The position numbers and the translations under genes are program-made. Of a DNA stretch of 64,000 nt, positions 49,362 through 62,515 are shown piece by piece; within the stretch, counting starts at the first letter, position 1, and every line of letters begins with the position of its first letter. The notes under the pieces are model-generated. The model saw only the letters and a program-made list of their open reading frames with translations, was not told where the DNA came from and ran no database searches. The stretch is from the NCBI RefSeq assembly GCF_035084215.1, contig NC_090349.1, positions 8,680,001 to 8,744,000 of the forward strand, written 5' to 3'. The DNA is from Heptranchias perlo. Taxonomy: Eukaryota.

Positions 49362-51375
49362 CAAATTAGTTGGTAATTGGTTGGGAGGTTGCAGACAGAT
49401 GTGATTGGATGTGTCAAGCAGTGCTCTACAGGGATCTGTACTGGGGCCTCAGCTTTTCACCATATATATCAATGACTTAGATTAAGGAATGGAGAGTTGT
49501 GTATCCAAATTTGTAGATGACACTAAGTAAGGAGGCATAATAAGTTGCAGTAGATGGAAACAGTAAGTTAGAAAGGGACGTAAGACAGAATAAGTCAGTG
49601 GGCAAAACTATGGCAGATGGAGTTTAATGTGAGGTCATCCACTTCGGGTTTGAGAAAGACAAATCGGAATATTTTCTTAATGGCGAGAGATGAGGAGCTG
49701 TGGAGCAGCAAAGAGATATAGGTATCCATGTACACATATCACTAAAAGCTAGTGTACAGGTACAAAAATTAAACAAAAAGACTAATGGAATGTTGGCCTT
49801 TACCTCAAGGGGGTTGGAATACAAAAGTGAGGAAGTGATGCTTCAATTGTACAGCACCTTGGTAAGATCCCATTTGGAGACTGCATTCAATTTTGGACAC
49901 GAACCTCAGGTAGGATATATTGGCCTTCGAGGGGATTCACCAAAATAATACTGGGGCTTAAATGGTTAGAATCAAAGAAAGTTATGGCACAGGACGGGGT
50001 CATTCGGCCCATTATGTCCATGCCAGCTGAAAAAGAGCTATCCAGTTTAATCCCACTTTCCATCACTTGGTCCGTAGCCCTGTAGGTTACGGCATTTCAA
50101 GTGCACAAGTACTTTTTAAATGAGTTGAGGGTTTCTGCCTCTACCACCTTTTCAGGCAGTGAGTTTCAGATCCCTACCACCCTCTGGGTGAAAAAATTTC
50201 TCCTTAGCTCCCCTGTAATCCTTCGACCAAATACTTTGAATCTAAGCCCCCTGGTCACTGACCCCTCTCTGAAGGGAAATAGGTCCTCCCTATCCACTCT
50301 ATCTGGTCCAGTCCTAATTTTATATATCTCAACTAAATCTCCCCTCAGCTTCCTTTGTTCCAAAGAAAACAACCCCGAGTCCATCCAATCTTTTCTCATA
50401 ACTAAAATTCTCCAGCCCTGGCAACATCCTCGTAAATCTCCTCTGCACCCTCTCTAGTGCAATCACATCTTTCCTGTAATGTGATGACCAGAACTGTACG
50501 TAGTGCTCAAGCTGTGGCCTAACCAATGTTTTATACAGTTCTAGCATAACCTCCCTGCTCTTATATTCTATGCCTTGGCTAATAAAGCAAAGTATCCTGT
50601 CAGCCTTTTTAATCACCTTGTCGGCCTGTCCCACCTCCAGGGATCTGCGGACATGCCCACCAAGGTCCCTTTGTTCCTCTACATCTCTCAGTATCCTCCC
50701 ATTTATTGTATACACCCGTGCCTTATTTGCCCTCCCCAAATGCATTACCTCACACTTCTCTGGACTGAATTCCACTTGCTGCTTTTCTGCCCACCTGTCC
50801 AGTCCATTGATATCTTACTGCAGTCTACAGCTTTCCTCCTCACTATCAACTACAAGGCCAATTTTTGTATCATCTGCAAACTTCTTAATCATGGCCCCCA
50901 CATTCAAATCCAAATGTCCAAGTCCAAGTTGAATTATAATGACAGTTTGAATAAACTTGGTTTGTATTCCTTGAGTTTGGACGGTTGGGAGTGACCTAAT
51001 CGAGGTCTTTAAAATAATTAAGGGACTTGTTAAGGTACATACAGAGAAACTATTTCCTTTGGTGGTGGTGGGGGGAGAAAAATCCAGAACCAGAGGGCAT
51101 AATCTTAAAATTAGAGCTAGACTATTTAAGAGAAATAAGGAAGCACTTTTTCACACAAATGGTAGTGGAAATCTGGAACACTCTCTCCCAAAACGGCTGT
51201 GGATGTTGAGTCAATTGTAAATTTCAAGACTGAGATTGATAGATTTTGTTACATAAAGGTATCAAGGGATATGGAGCAAAGATGGGTAAGTGGAGTTGAG
51301 GTACAGATCAGGCATGATCTAATAGAATGGTGGAACAGGCTTGAGGGGCTGAATGGCCTACGCTTCCTATGTTCG
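49362..51375 (+). mobile_element. CR1 fragment with a nested opposite-strand CR1 (about 49968-50912)
   Basis: The host CR1 breaks at about 49967 and resumes at about 50928. The insert encodes LVRPQLEHYVQFWSSHYRKD on the minus strand. Confidence 0.9.
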
Positions 51376-52261
51376 TAGACCGGGTCCGGTCATCTAAATG
51401 CAAATCTAAAAAGTGAGCCTGCTGCAAGCAACCATCTGCAACTCAGAGAACTTGCTAAGTAATCTAGCGCTAAGTTTTGATTTCAGATTTTAGTTTCTAC
51501 TTTGAGGCACAGAATCTGATGTACAAGCATATAAATCTAACTGAAGGGGTCAAAAATAGTTCTTTGAAGTAGAGCCCTCAGTGAGTTTCTCATTCATCAC
51601 AGACAGTATAAACTGACAGGTTGGGCCCTGTATGAACCCCGGATGTGAGGTTCCACTTCAAACAACATCCTCCTCTTTGATGAGACTGATTGGTAGTGAG
51701 TGGGAGAGGATGTGGGGTGCATGTACAGAAAGGAAGAACCTTTTCAAACCTGCTCTGTAAATTTGCTTTGGATTAATGATTAATATCCACAGGGTAATGT
51801 TTCCCATCTTTCAGTCCTCAGAAGAGCTACAGATTTGAGGGTGCTCCTTTAGCTAGCTGCAAAATGAAGCACTTTGCAGGAATTAGTACCAGGAAATAAG
51901 ATCTATCCTGTAGCCTTGCACTACTCAAGGAAAATGATAATGCTGTTCTGCTTCTGATTAGCACAGTAGAGGAGAAAGCACATTCAGCAGCAGCAACATG
52001 TGGGGACTTGCTGTAAATGCTCAACATGGAGCTGTAATTTGTCATTGGAGGTTGTGTAGCCCCTGGGTGTAGACGAATAGATGTGGTTTTTATTATTTTA
52101 CTTAATGCATGGATGGAAATCAAACATAATTATCATTCCCTCGAATCTCTGCAGTCTGTTAAAGCTTCAAAGCAACAAAGGCAAGACACGGGATCCAAGT
52201 CAGAGTGATCACTTAAACTGCATATACAGTACTGCCGAACCAAGGCTTACAGGATCTGCAA

Positions 52262-52408
52262 ATACTGTAAATCAGAACAGCCCCCAACCCACCAGAACAT
52301 ACTGTAAATCAGAACACACTTTCTAACCTACTGGAATATACTGTACATCAGAATTATCCTTCCTAAATTACTGGAATATACCGTAAATCAGAATGCCATT
52401 CCCAACCC
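52262..52408. repeat. Degenerate ~38-bp tandem repeat, 4 copies (ATACTGTAAATCAGAA...)
   Basis: ATAC(T/C)GTA(A/C)ATCAGAA recurs at about 52262, 52299, 52338 and 52378. Confidence 0.8.
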
Positions 52409-52471
52409 TTTGCAAAAGGAGGGCAAAGATGGCAGTGTGTGCAGGGTTTTATGAAAGATACTTGGAGTGGC

Positions 52472-52673
52472 GAATGGAGGGGGTGGTTTAGTCACAATGA
52501 CAAACTTTATTAAGATAATGGAAGCAGGATCATAGGGCACCATGGGAGCTTATTTTTCAGTTCCGAGACTCCCAAGCCCTAAATAGTCTTTGTGTCTTGA
52601 TACTGCAAATATTCTTGGTATTTGCAGTATCATGACTGAATGCTCAGGAAATCAATTTGCCTTTGTTGCTCCA
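52472..52673 (+). repeat. Unclassified ~200-bp interspersed repeat, copy B, with a perfect 14-bp hairpin
   Basis: Homologous to 49135-49326; stem at 52598-52611/52619-52632. Confidence 0.8.
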
Positions 52674-53471
52674 GTAACCGACAATTAAATAATTTTCCCA
52701 TCTATTTGGACTCCACCCTACATCCTTCAGCAAAATGTTTTCTGACTTTTTGCTCCCATTTAATTTGTTTTGCCCTGCTTTACCACCCCCCCACCCCTCA
52801 CACCATTCCTGAGCCAAGAGGGTTCCTTAGGGCCTTTGCCCAGGATTCCAGTGATAGCTGTGAACTGTGTGGACAAGGTCAGGGTGACCTGCTCAAGGAT
52901 GATGTTCTCCCACAGAGAGGCAGTCAGGCCTGACCTGAGTATGCCTTTCTGATGGCAGGCACAGGAACTTGCCATGAAAGATTAGAGGCAAGAACCCATG
53001 CCCTACTCCTTAGTGACACAGTTCACTGGAGCACCAGAATACTAAATCACCATTAATACATTTATCAAGTACTTTTCATAGCAAGAACATTATATTCAGT
53101 TAGGGTACATAGGTAAGAAAAATCTTTTGGATATATGCATTATTGTTTGGTAGGATAGCAAATACAGCATTATATATCACTAATGCTGTTACCAGTTTGC
53201 TAGATGGAGGGGATATGGAAGAAGGAAAAAAAAAGGGGTACACAACCATCTGGACCAGCTCTGTCCAACAGGCATCATGGCATCAGTCACCTCACCTGCA
53301 TGAAAGGGAAGGGATCTGCAATGAGGAATGGGTAATGTTGCTGAAGAAGCGATTTGATGAAAGGGAACCAAGTCACAGGCAGTATATTGTCCTGTCAGAG
53401 AAGGCTAATACTGGGATAGGAGAGGCGTCATGTTCTCGTGCAGGCGGGATTTGCTGCTATAGTAATGAGAT

Positions 53472-53607
53472 ATTTTTTTCATTCTCAGAATGTGGGCGTT
53501 GCTGGCAGGGCCGGCATTTATTGACCATCCCTAGTTGTCCTCAAGAAGGTGGTGGTGAGCCTCCTTCTTGAACCGCTGCAGTCCGTGTGGTGAAGGTGCT
53601 CCTACAT
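53472..53607 (-). mobile_element. 3' end of a non-LTR element (family of 36785-37308)
   Basis: Same sequence as the insert at 599-714. Confidence 0.85.
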
Positions 53608-53739
53608 TGGATATGCACATATCTGTGCTCATATTTTGAGTTATGATTTTGATTCTATTGCACGACTGCCAACCATGTTCTTTGTTATTTCTTTCAACGC
53701 TTTAGTTGGCTATTTACTAATTAGAAGAGATAGAAAAAA

Positions 53740-54315
53740 TTTGAATTATTACGACACCGTTTCATGTTCTCAAGACATCCAAAATGAATTACAACCAATA
53801 GATTACTTCTGAAGTGCAGTCACTGTTGTCTAGGCAAACGCAGCAGTTTGCACATAGCACGGCTCCATAAACAGGAAATAAATGAGCAGATAATTTGTTT
53901 TTACTGGTGTTGGTTGAGGGAGGAACGCTGGCTGAAACATTATCTTTGATTACTGCCAAGGGATCTTTTAACATCCTGAGCAAACAGATGAATCCTCAGT
54001 TTAACATCTCATCCAAAAGATGACATCTCCAACAATACAGCACTCCATCAGTGTCAACCTAGATTACGTGCTCAAGTCTCTAGTGAGGTTTGACCCCTCA
54101 GTGGTGACGGTGGAAAAAGCTGTTGAGACTAGGTCAATCGAAAATTTAAAAACTGAGATCAATAGATTTTTGTTAGGCAAAGGTACTAAGGGTTATGGAA
54201 CCAAGATGGATAAATGGAGTTAAGATGCCATGATGTGACAGAACGGCGGAACAAGCTCGAGCGGCTGAATGGCCTACTCCTGTTCCTGTGGGTGCTATCA
54301 ACTGAGCCAAGTTGA
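53740..54315 (-). mobile_element. Deu-domain SINE interrupted by a plus-strand CR1 3' end (about 54100-54289)
   Basis: Homologous to 29290-29720. Confidence 0.7.
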
Positions 54316-55253
54316 CACATACAAGGTTTCAGTTCGATTTTCACAGCCATACCATAAGTTTTAAACTGGAGTGCCCGGAACCTACAGGGTCCACAAGGTC
54401 ATCAGATTTCTGGATTCTTCTGTTTTGGATGACTTACCAACACATTATTTCTGTTGCTGTATATATTAAACATTTGCTGCTGCAGTAGTAAAGTTTTCTT
54501 TTAGGCAGTTGATGCAGTCTTTCGGAGGTTAGACCAGGGGGTCTAATAACGGCATGGGGTTTCTCCCATACAGGCAAAGATGAAACCACTGACTCATACT
54601 GCAAATGACCACAAATTATATGGGCCCATTTTTGTTGTAACTGCACATCATCATACCTTATGATTATTTTTCAGACTCTGACCTCAATTTTACAAACAAA
54701 ACCTAAAAAAAAGTTATGACTGTTTTAAGAGCTTTAACCTCGAGACTATTCTAGCAGCAATATCGACACTAAATCAACATTTAATTAACTTTGATTTCAT
54801 TTTGCACTGTTTTGCTGTGTGCAATGCAAGAGGAAAAAAGGGTGGGAGAGAGATCATTGTCTCCTCTCTTTTATCTTTGCGAATTGCATGAATTGAAGTA
54901 ACAATTCAAAATTATTAAACCTAAAATCGCGCATGTTTGCAGTACTGTTCTAGCTGGCTGCCTATTCTTCACTCCATTTTTGACTAACCTCAAAACCCAA
55001 CATGTCTTTACTGAGCCGGAAGGTAATATTTCTTTTAGTATACTGATAATCCATATTCTCAAACTAAACCTTCAGATATTGGCATACAGAGGTGCACACG
55101 GCCACTGAGTTCTGTGTTCTAATTAAATAGCACATTCTGTTTTTAATTGGATAAGTGGCAAGACAGTGGTGAGTAGCCTCCAACTTTGACACTCCTAACT
55201 AAGAGAGACTTGAACCTATTATTTAGAGTAGCTGGAGTAACTAATCCAATTAC

Positions 55254-55329
55254 CTGCTTCATGTGTAGTTTCTGGCATCATTGCTGTGGACGTGAAGGAA
55301 GCGGAGACTTTTCCCGTGGAGTAATGTGC
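55254..55329 (-). CDS. PPIL2: PPIL2 coding exon (AHYSTGKVSASFTSTAMMPETTHEA)
   Basis: Minus strand reads ttcccacag|GCACATTAC...GAAGCAG|gtaatt; 76 nt, phase 0 to 1. The peptide matches vertebrate PPIL2 AHYSTGKVSASFTSTAMVPETTHEA as recalled. Confidence 0.95.
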
Positions 55330-56329
55330 CTGTGGGAAGCAGCAACAATAATTCCATGAAATTCATTTTTCCCCCTTTAAATTAAACCTTGAATCAGATT
55401 CAGTGGATCATCCTGAGACATATGATTTTGATATACGAGTGGGTGATCTCATGTTGCTTTCTTGGTTTGTTTCCTTTAACTAAAACAGTCACATGACTTG
55501 CAAATCAGTGAGATAAAGCAGTAGTTTTGAGGATACCATGCTGAGAGATTGTACTGGGGTGAACACCTGCTGGTTCACTACATTGTAATGCACACTGATA
55601 GTCATTTTTATATTGCAGCAGTAGAGAACGAATTCTTTACTTTACGTTGTTTCAAAACAAAGCATCAGTTCAGGATTTGAGGCTGATCTGATGTACAAGT
55701 CATACTGCATATATTTACTGACATACAAATATGCTTGAAGGTGTAAGCTAGACACGAACTTTCATTGCACATCCAACTATATAAACACTCGCTGAGACAT
55801 CAGCTAGTTTTTTTTAAACTAGAAACATTGTCTTAGCAGCGGAACTCCACCATAGAGCTAGTAGTGGAATTAGGAGTGAAATGTTAGACGACTCACAGTA
55901 GACAGACGGGTAGATTCAGAGACCTTGGATGAAATGGTGCTGGGACTGCACTTTCCCACAAGACTCTGCACCCTACTGGAGTGGGGAGATGATTTTACTG
56001 GATTCAGTCAGCACGCTTGATGTGCATCATTTGAGCACGCTCCCTTCACGTTTTTCATATGCATAGGGAGTGCAGATTGTGGGGGATGGGATAGCAAGAG
56101 AGCGGCAACTATTTAAGAGAAGTTGCTCCACTTCAAGACAACTTCTTATTTGGCTCTGCCAAATCGACCAGGTCAAGAAGTGGCCAGAACGGCCTTGAAG
56201 CCTTAAATTTTCCACTCTGATGGGGGGAAAGTTTTTTTCTACTCTCTAACCTGGATCAAAGCATATACATTTTATACCTGTATCCTACACACCTATCCTA
56301 ATTGTCTAGTAGCATTAAGTTGGAATGGT

Positions 56330-57010
56330 TCTAAGTATTGGGAGTCAAGGCCAAGTGTAGTCTTCAAGTGAAACAGGGTGAGAGGGCCAGGAATAACTGG
56401 GCCAGCGTGCACAGAAGTAATTCAGTCCTCATTTTAAAATCATACATTTAGATAATGTCTTTTTAGATAATACTTTGATTTTATATCATTTATAGTTAAG
56501 TAGCAACACTTATGGCAATTTGGGAAGCAGAGGACGAGAGTTAGTCGGAGCATAGGAGTTTCTCTGCAGTACAGGCTGAGGATGATGCAAAACTGAATGC
56601 TCCAGACCTACTACTAGTGGGAGGGTGTAATTACAGCAGATATAAGATTTCTAACACATTACTAGTCCCTCTCCTGAAGCGTGGCACACACAGAGTCAAG
56701 AATAAGTGTAATCTTCAGGTGAAGTGAGGTTTGAGGGCAGGGGGATAATTGGACCAGGATGCACCGATGAAATTCAGTCCCATTGTAAAGTCACACATTC
56801 TCTCCTTATTTTTATAGATTTCCATTATAAACTCCTATGTCCACATTTATAATGAAAACTGCCTGTGTAAACTGGTTACACTGTAATTACAGCTTCCCAC
56901 CATTGGTGGCACCATCACACCCACTGGGTGGGAGTGTGCAATTTTAGCTTGGCCTGGCAACTTTCATTATAAATGTGGATACAGGAATTAATAATGGAAA
57001 AAGTTGATAG
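56330..57010. repeat. Unclassified palindromic, partly tandem repeat (copy 2)
   Basis: 45-bp inverted arms at 56819-56863 and 56956-57000; internal direct repeat 56344-56450 vs 56693-56800; homologous to 7776-8255. Confidence 0.75.
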
Positions 57011-57869
57011 TATGCGTGCATAGAATACGAGATTTTTAATAAGTGGAGAAGAACTGGAAAGGATTGAGTGGAAGGCTCATTCCCTGTGCTGGGATCAGGC
57101 TCTCCCATGGCTAACTGTAAATGGGACATGGTACATGGTACATGAAGGGATTTTGTTGATTTAAATGTTTTCAACTTTGTTTTGTAGTAAACGCAAACTT
57201 ATGAATCTATTTGATTTATAGCGCAAGACATAATGAGATGAATACTATTGTTAATTATACAACTGTAACACAGAGAACAGTTAACCTCTATTCATAGAAT
57301 CATAGAAAGTTACGGCACAGAAGGAGGCCATTCGGCCCATCGTGTCCGAGCTGGCCAAAAGAGAGCTATCCAGCTTAATCTCACTTTCCAGCACTTGGTC
57401 CATAGCCTGTAGCCCTATTCTTTCGCATCACAAAATCAATCTTCACGTTGTGGTAAACACATAAGCTTTCATTGCCCTACTTTTTCTGTTTACATCCACA
57501 GTAGCCTTTCTGACCTAGTTCCTTGAGAAGGACAAACTGAAGTGATATTTCCCTCAGATTTCTCTGCTTTGCTTCATTAATTAACTGTCTGCCTTTTTGT
57601 TTAATTCATTCTGGGGATGTGGGCATCGCTGGCAAGGGTGGCATAATTGACCTTGACAAGGTGGTGGCAGGGAGAGAGAAATGGGAGATGACGACTCAGG
57701 TAGACGGAGCGTAGGAAACTCTTGGAGGTCTGAAATTGTCCAACAACTATTCAGTGATAAATATCTATGATGCAGACAAGTGCAACGATATAGGGATGGG
57801 AACTCACAAGCAACACTACAAAACAAGTGGTTACCCGGGTGGAAAGAAAAGAAATTACAGTGTTGAGAA

Positions 57870-58290
57870 AAAGGCAAGTAGTAGTTATGGGGGATTCTAT
57901 GATTAGAGGGATAGATCACGTTCTCTTCATCTGTGAGTAGGAGTCTCAAACAGTGTGTTGCCTTCCTGGTGCCTGTGTAGGGGACATACGGAGTGGGCGA
58001 AGATGACTCTAGAAGGGGAATGTGAGCAAGTGGAAGTAGCGATTCACATTGGAACTAATGACAAAGGGGGAAACAAGGAGGAGGTCTTGCAAAGGGTGTT
58101 TCATCAGTTAGGTGCTAAGGTTAAAAAGCAGGACTGCAAGGATAGTAACTGAGATTACTTCAGGTGCCACATGCTAGGCTAGTTAGGGATAAACAGATTA
58201 AACACATCAATATGTTGACTGACAGATGGAGTAGAAGGGACAGTGTCAGATTTCTATAGCATTGGAACCACTTTTGGGGAACTAGAGTCA
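57870..58290 (+). mobile_element. CR1 ORF1 esterase (SGNH/GDSL-like) remnant, the 5' part of an old long CR1 continuing at about 59225-59580 and 61100-61940
   Basis: VVVMGDSMIRGID...VCCLPGA...IHIGTNDKG. Endonuclease-like remnants (LNIPGY, SIWIELRNNK) and PGIYRPVDLTS follow downstream. Confidence 0.75.
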
Positions 58291-58301
58291 CTAAGTATTA
58301 C

Positions 58302-59222
58302 ATTACATAGAATGTACAGCACATTCAGCCCAACAGGTCCATGCCATGTTTACATTCCACATGAACCTCCTCCCACCCTTTTTCATCTAACCCCATCAAC
58401 ATATCCTTCTATTCCATTCTCCCTCGTGTGTTTATCTAGCTTCCCTTAAATGTATCTATGCAAGTCGATGTGATCGCTTTGGAGAGGGTGCAGAGGAGAT
58501 TCACCAGGATGTTACCAGGGCTGGAGCGCTTCAGCTATGAAGAGAGACTGGGAAGATTGGGTTTGTTTTCCTTGGAGCAGAGGAGGCTGAGGGGGGACAT
58601 GATTGAGGTGTACAAAATTATGAGGGGCACAGATAGGATGGATACTAAGGAGCTTTTTCCCTTCGTTGAGGGTTCTATAACAAGGGGACATAGATTCAAG
58701 GTAAAAGGCGGGAGGTTTAGAGGGGATTTGAGAAAGAACTTTTTCACCCAGAGGGTGGTTGGAGTCTGGAACTCACTGTCTGAAAGGGTTGTGGAGGCAG
58801 GAACCCTCACAACATTCAAGAAGCATTTGGATGAGCACTTGAAATGCCATAGCATACAAGGCTACGGACCAAATGCTGGAATATGGGATTAGAGTAGACA
58901 GGGCTGATGGCCGGCGTGGACACGATGGGCCGAAGGGCCTCTATCCGTGCTGTATAACTCTATGACTCTAAGTCGCCTCAACTTCTCCTAGTGGTAACAA
59001 GTTCCACATTCTAATCACTCTCTGGATAAAGAAGTTTCTCCTGAATTCCCTATTGGATTTATTAGTGACTATCCTGTATTTATGGCCCCTAGTTCAGTCT
59101 CCCCCGCAAGTGGGAACATCTTCTCTACGTCTACCCTATCAAACCCTTTCATAATCTTAAAGACTTCGATCACCCCTCAGTCTTCTCTTTTCTAGTCCCA
59201 GTCTGTTCAATCTTTCCTGATA
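58302..59222 (-). mobile_element. CR1 3' fragment split by a nested plus-strand CR1
   Basis: Minus-strand CR1 tail at about 58302-58461, resuming at about 58976. Confidence 0.75.
58468..58969 (+). mobile_element. Young CR1 3' fragment with TSD
   Basis: Open frame DVIALERVQRRFTRMLPG...GYGPNAGIWD; TSD AAGTCG (58462-58467; 58970-58975). Confidence 0.92.
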
Positions 59223-59589
59223 GATTGGGAAATGATGCTGGAGCCTTGATAGAAAGCTGCCGAGATAAGACTGGGGGCTGAATATTCCTGGCTATAAAAT
59301 TTCCCAAAGTTATGGAGAAGGAAAAAAGGGAGGTGTGGTGACCTTATTAATGGCATGATTACAGCCATAGAAAGTTTTTTTTTAATTGATGTTGGTGCTT
59401 AGATGGTTTCTATCTGGATTGAGTTAAGAAACAATAAGTGATCAATTACCATATTGGGAGTAATTATAAATCACAATCATGGGGAGAAAATTGAGGATTA
59501 AATTTTATAGGTAATTGAGAGAAGTTTGCAATAATAAATTATAATAATATGACTTTAATTATGCTAAGGAAGACTGGGATAATAAATTG

Positions 59590-60793
59590 AAATTCTTTAA
59601 TGAAGTAACGGAGAGAGTTGATGAGGGTAGTGCGGTTGATGATGTGTATATGGACTTTAAAAAGGCATTTGAAAAAGTACCAAATAATAGACTTGTTAGC
59701 AAAATTAAAGCCCATGGGATATACGGACAGTGGCAACATAGATACAATATTGGCTAAGGGACAGAAAACAGACAGTAGTGGTGAATGGTTGTTTTTCAGA
59801 CCGGAGGGAAGTATACAGTGGTGTTCCCCAGGGTTAAGTATTAAGACCATTGCTCTTTTTGGTGTATGTTAATGACCTGGATTTGGGCATACAGAGTATA
59901 ATTTCAAAGCTGGCACGAAACGTGGAAATGTAGTAATCAACATGGAGGATAGTAACATGACTTCAGGAGGACATAGACAATGTGGTGAAATGGGCAGACA
60001 CATGGCAGATGAAATTTAACGCAGAGAAGTGTGAAGTGATACATTTTGGTAGGAAGAATGAGGAGAGGCATATAAACTAAATGATACAATTTTAAAGGGG
60101 GTACAGGAACAGAGTGACCTAGGGGTGTGTGTACACAAATCTTTGAAAGTGGCAGGACAAGTTGAGAAGGTTGATAAAAAAGCATATGAGATCCTTGGGT
60201 TTATTAACAGAGGCATAGAGTACAAAAGCAAGGAAATTATGTTACACCTTTATAAATCACTGGTTAGGCCTCAGCTGGAGTGTTATGTTCAATTCTGGGC
60301 ACCACACTTTAGGAAGGATGTCAAGGTCTTAGAGAGGATGCACAAGAGGTTTACCAGGATGATTCCAGGGATGAGGGACTTCAGTTATGTGGAGACTGGA
60401 GAAGCTGGGATTGTTCTCCTTGGAACAGAGAAGGTTGAGAGAAGATTTGATGGAGGTATTTAAAATCATGAAGGGTCAAGACAGAATCGATAGAGAGAAA
60501 CTGTTCCCTTTGGCGGAAGGGTCAAAAACCAGAGGACATGGATTTAAGGTGATTGGCAAAAGAACCAGAGGCTACACGAGGAAACATTTTTTTTTTACGC
60601 AGTGAGTTGTTTTGATCTGGAATACACTGCCTGACTTTCAAAAGGGAATTGGATATATATTGAAGGTAAAACATTTACAGAGCTATAGGGGGAAAGAGCA
60701 GGGGAGTGACGTTAATTGGATAATCCTGCCGAAGAGCCGGCACAGGCACGATGAGACAAATGGCCTCCTCCTGTGCTGTATCATACTATGATT
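59590..60793 (+). mobile_element. CR1 RT to 3' end, frameshifted
   Basis: LVRPQLECYVQFWAPHFRKDV peptide; same subfamily as 15970-17140. Confidence 0.9.
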
Positions 60794-60794
60794 T

Positions 60795-61085
60795 ATATAG
60801 TGCCGTTAACAGATAAAAATGACTCAAAGTGCTTCACAGAGACAAAATAAGAAGACTGTTAAAGAAGCAGGGGCTGGAGAGACTGAAGGGTTAATGCAGG
60901 GCGTGAGGCCTAGACAGCTGAAGACATGACTGCCAATGGTGGGCTGAAGGGAGAGAGGAATCACAAGGCCAGAGTGAGGCGAACGGAGAGTTCTGAGGTC
61001 GGGGGTGGGGGGGTTGGTGTAGGGCTGGAGGTAATTGCAGTGATAGGGAGTAAGATAAAATTTTATAGCTAAAATGGGGGGCATT
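60795..61085 (-). mobile_element. L2 3' fragment
   Basis: Similar to 46500-46880. Confidence 0.65.
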
Positions 61086-62515
61086 CTTAAAAAGCATCCA
61101 GGAGTGTTTCCTTAATCAGTATGTTGCACATCCAAACAAGGAAGAATGTAGTGTTAGATCTGGTTCTGGGTATCGAAGCAGGACAAGTAAGGAACATGAA
61201 GATAGAACTCTTGGAAATAGTAACTACATATAACTTAAGGTTCACATTGAAAATAGAAGATAAAGTCATGGTAAAGGGATCGCTCTAAAAACAAGCCAAC
61301 TTTAATAAATAAAGGGGACTTCACCTAAATTAATTTGGTTGGAAAAATGACAGAACGAACAGTGGGCTAGCAATTGGAGGTAATTAAATATGAGTTACAG
61401 AAGGTACAGGTAAAATACTGTACCTGTATAGCAGTAACGGCTGTGGGTCAATGGATAAATTGAGAAGCTTGACCAGAAATTAAGCTTAAAAAAAGAGGCA
61501 TCTGGTAAACATAGAAGAGATAATGCAGAAGAAAACAGTGAGAAATATAAAAACTATAACAGGGATACCAAAAGGGAGATTAGGAAATTGAAGTGGGAGT
61601 ATGAATCAAAACTGGTGGTCAACATAAAGGGAAATAAGGCTTTTATTGTCCCAAATGCCTGGTAAGTATTATACCCTGTGCAAGAAAGGGATAAGGGGTA
61701 AGCCAGGAATTTACAGGCCAGTAGATCTTACCTCTTGTCGGTAAACTTCTAGACTCTATAATACTGGATGAAATTAGTGAATGCTTAGAAAGGCATGGGC
61801 TAATAAAGGAGTCAGTATGGGTTTGTAATGGGCAGTTCATTCTTGATCAACAATTTAATTTTTCAAGGAAATCATAGTGTATAGATTAAAAAAAGGGATG
61901 GATGCTGTATTTAAGAAGATATCTGATAAAGTGCCTGTTACAAGTTTGGGGTCTTGCCGTAGATTTTCTCTTGGGTACATCAGTGTTGGTCACTCCCATA
62001 AGTGATCTGCACGTCTTATGTTCAGGGATGTGCCTGTACTGCCCAATATTTAATTATGCAATAACGTAGCCCAGGGGTGGAGCAACAGTGTCCCCTTGTG
62101 ATTGAAACTGGATATTCATGACTTTTGGACATGTGTTTCTTCAATTTTTTTTAAAGGCAGACTGAGAAAACACATAGTAAAGCAAGGTCAGATATGAAGA
62201 ATTAAACTGTTTTATTTCCTAGCACATGGACATACAAAGCAACAGTTACAATCAGATTCACTTATTTCAATCAATACAAATTGTCTTTGTGGATTAAGAC
62301 AAAATAATGAACATGCTATGCTTTCTCACATTAGTGGGTCATCTTACTTCACTTAAACAAAATAACCCCTAATTATTCTCCTGCATGCTACTTCAGAGCC
62401 TGGCCAAAGCATTGTCCTCACAGCTTTTAATTTGAAGACCTGGCTGATTGCCTACATCTGTCTTTTATCTCCCTCTGTTCACAGGCACAAAGAAAGACAG
62501 GCTTTCCAACACAAT

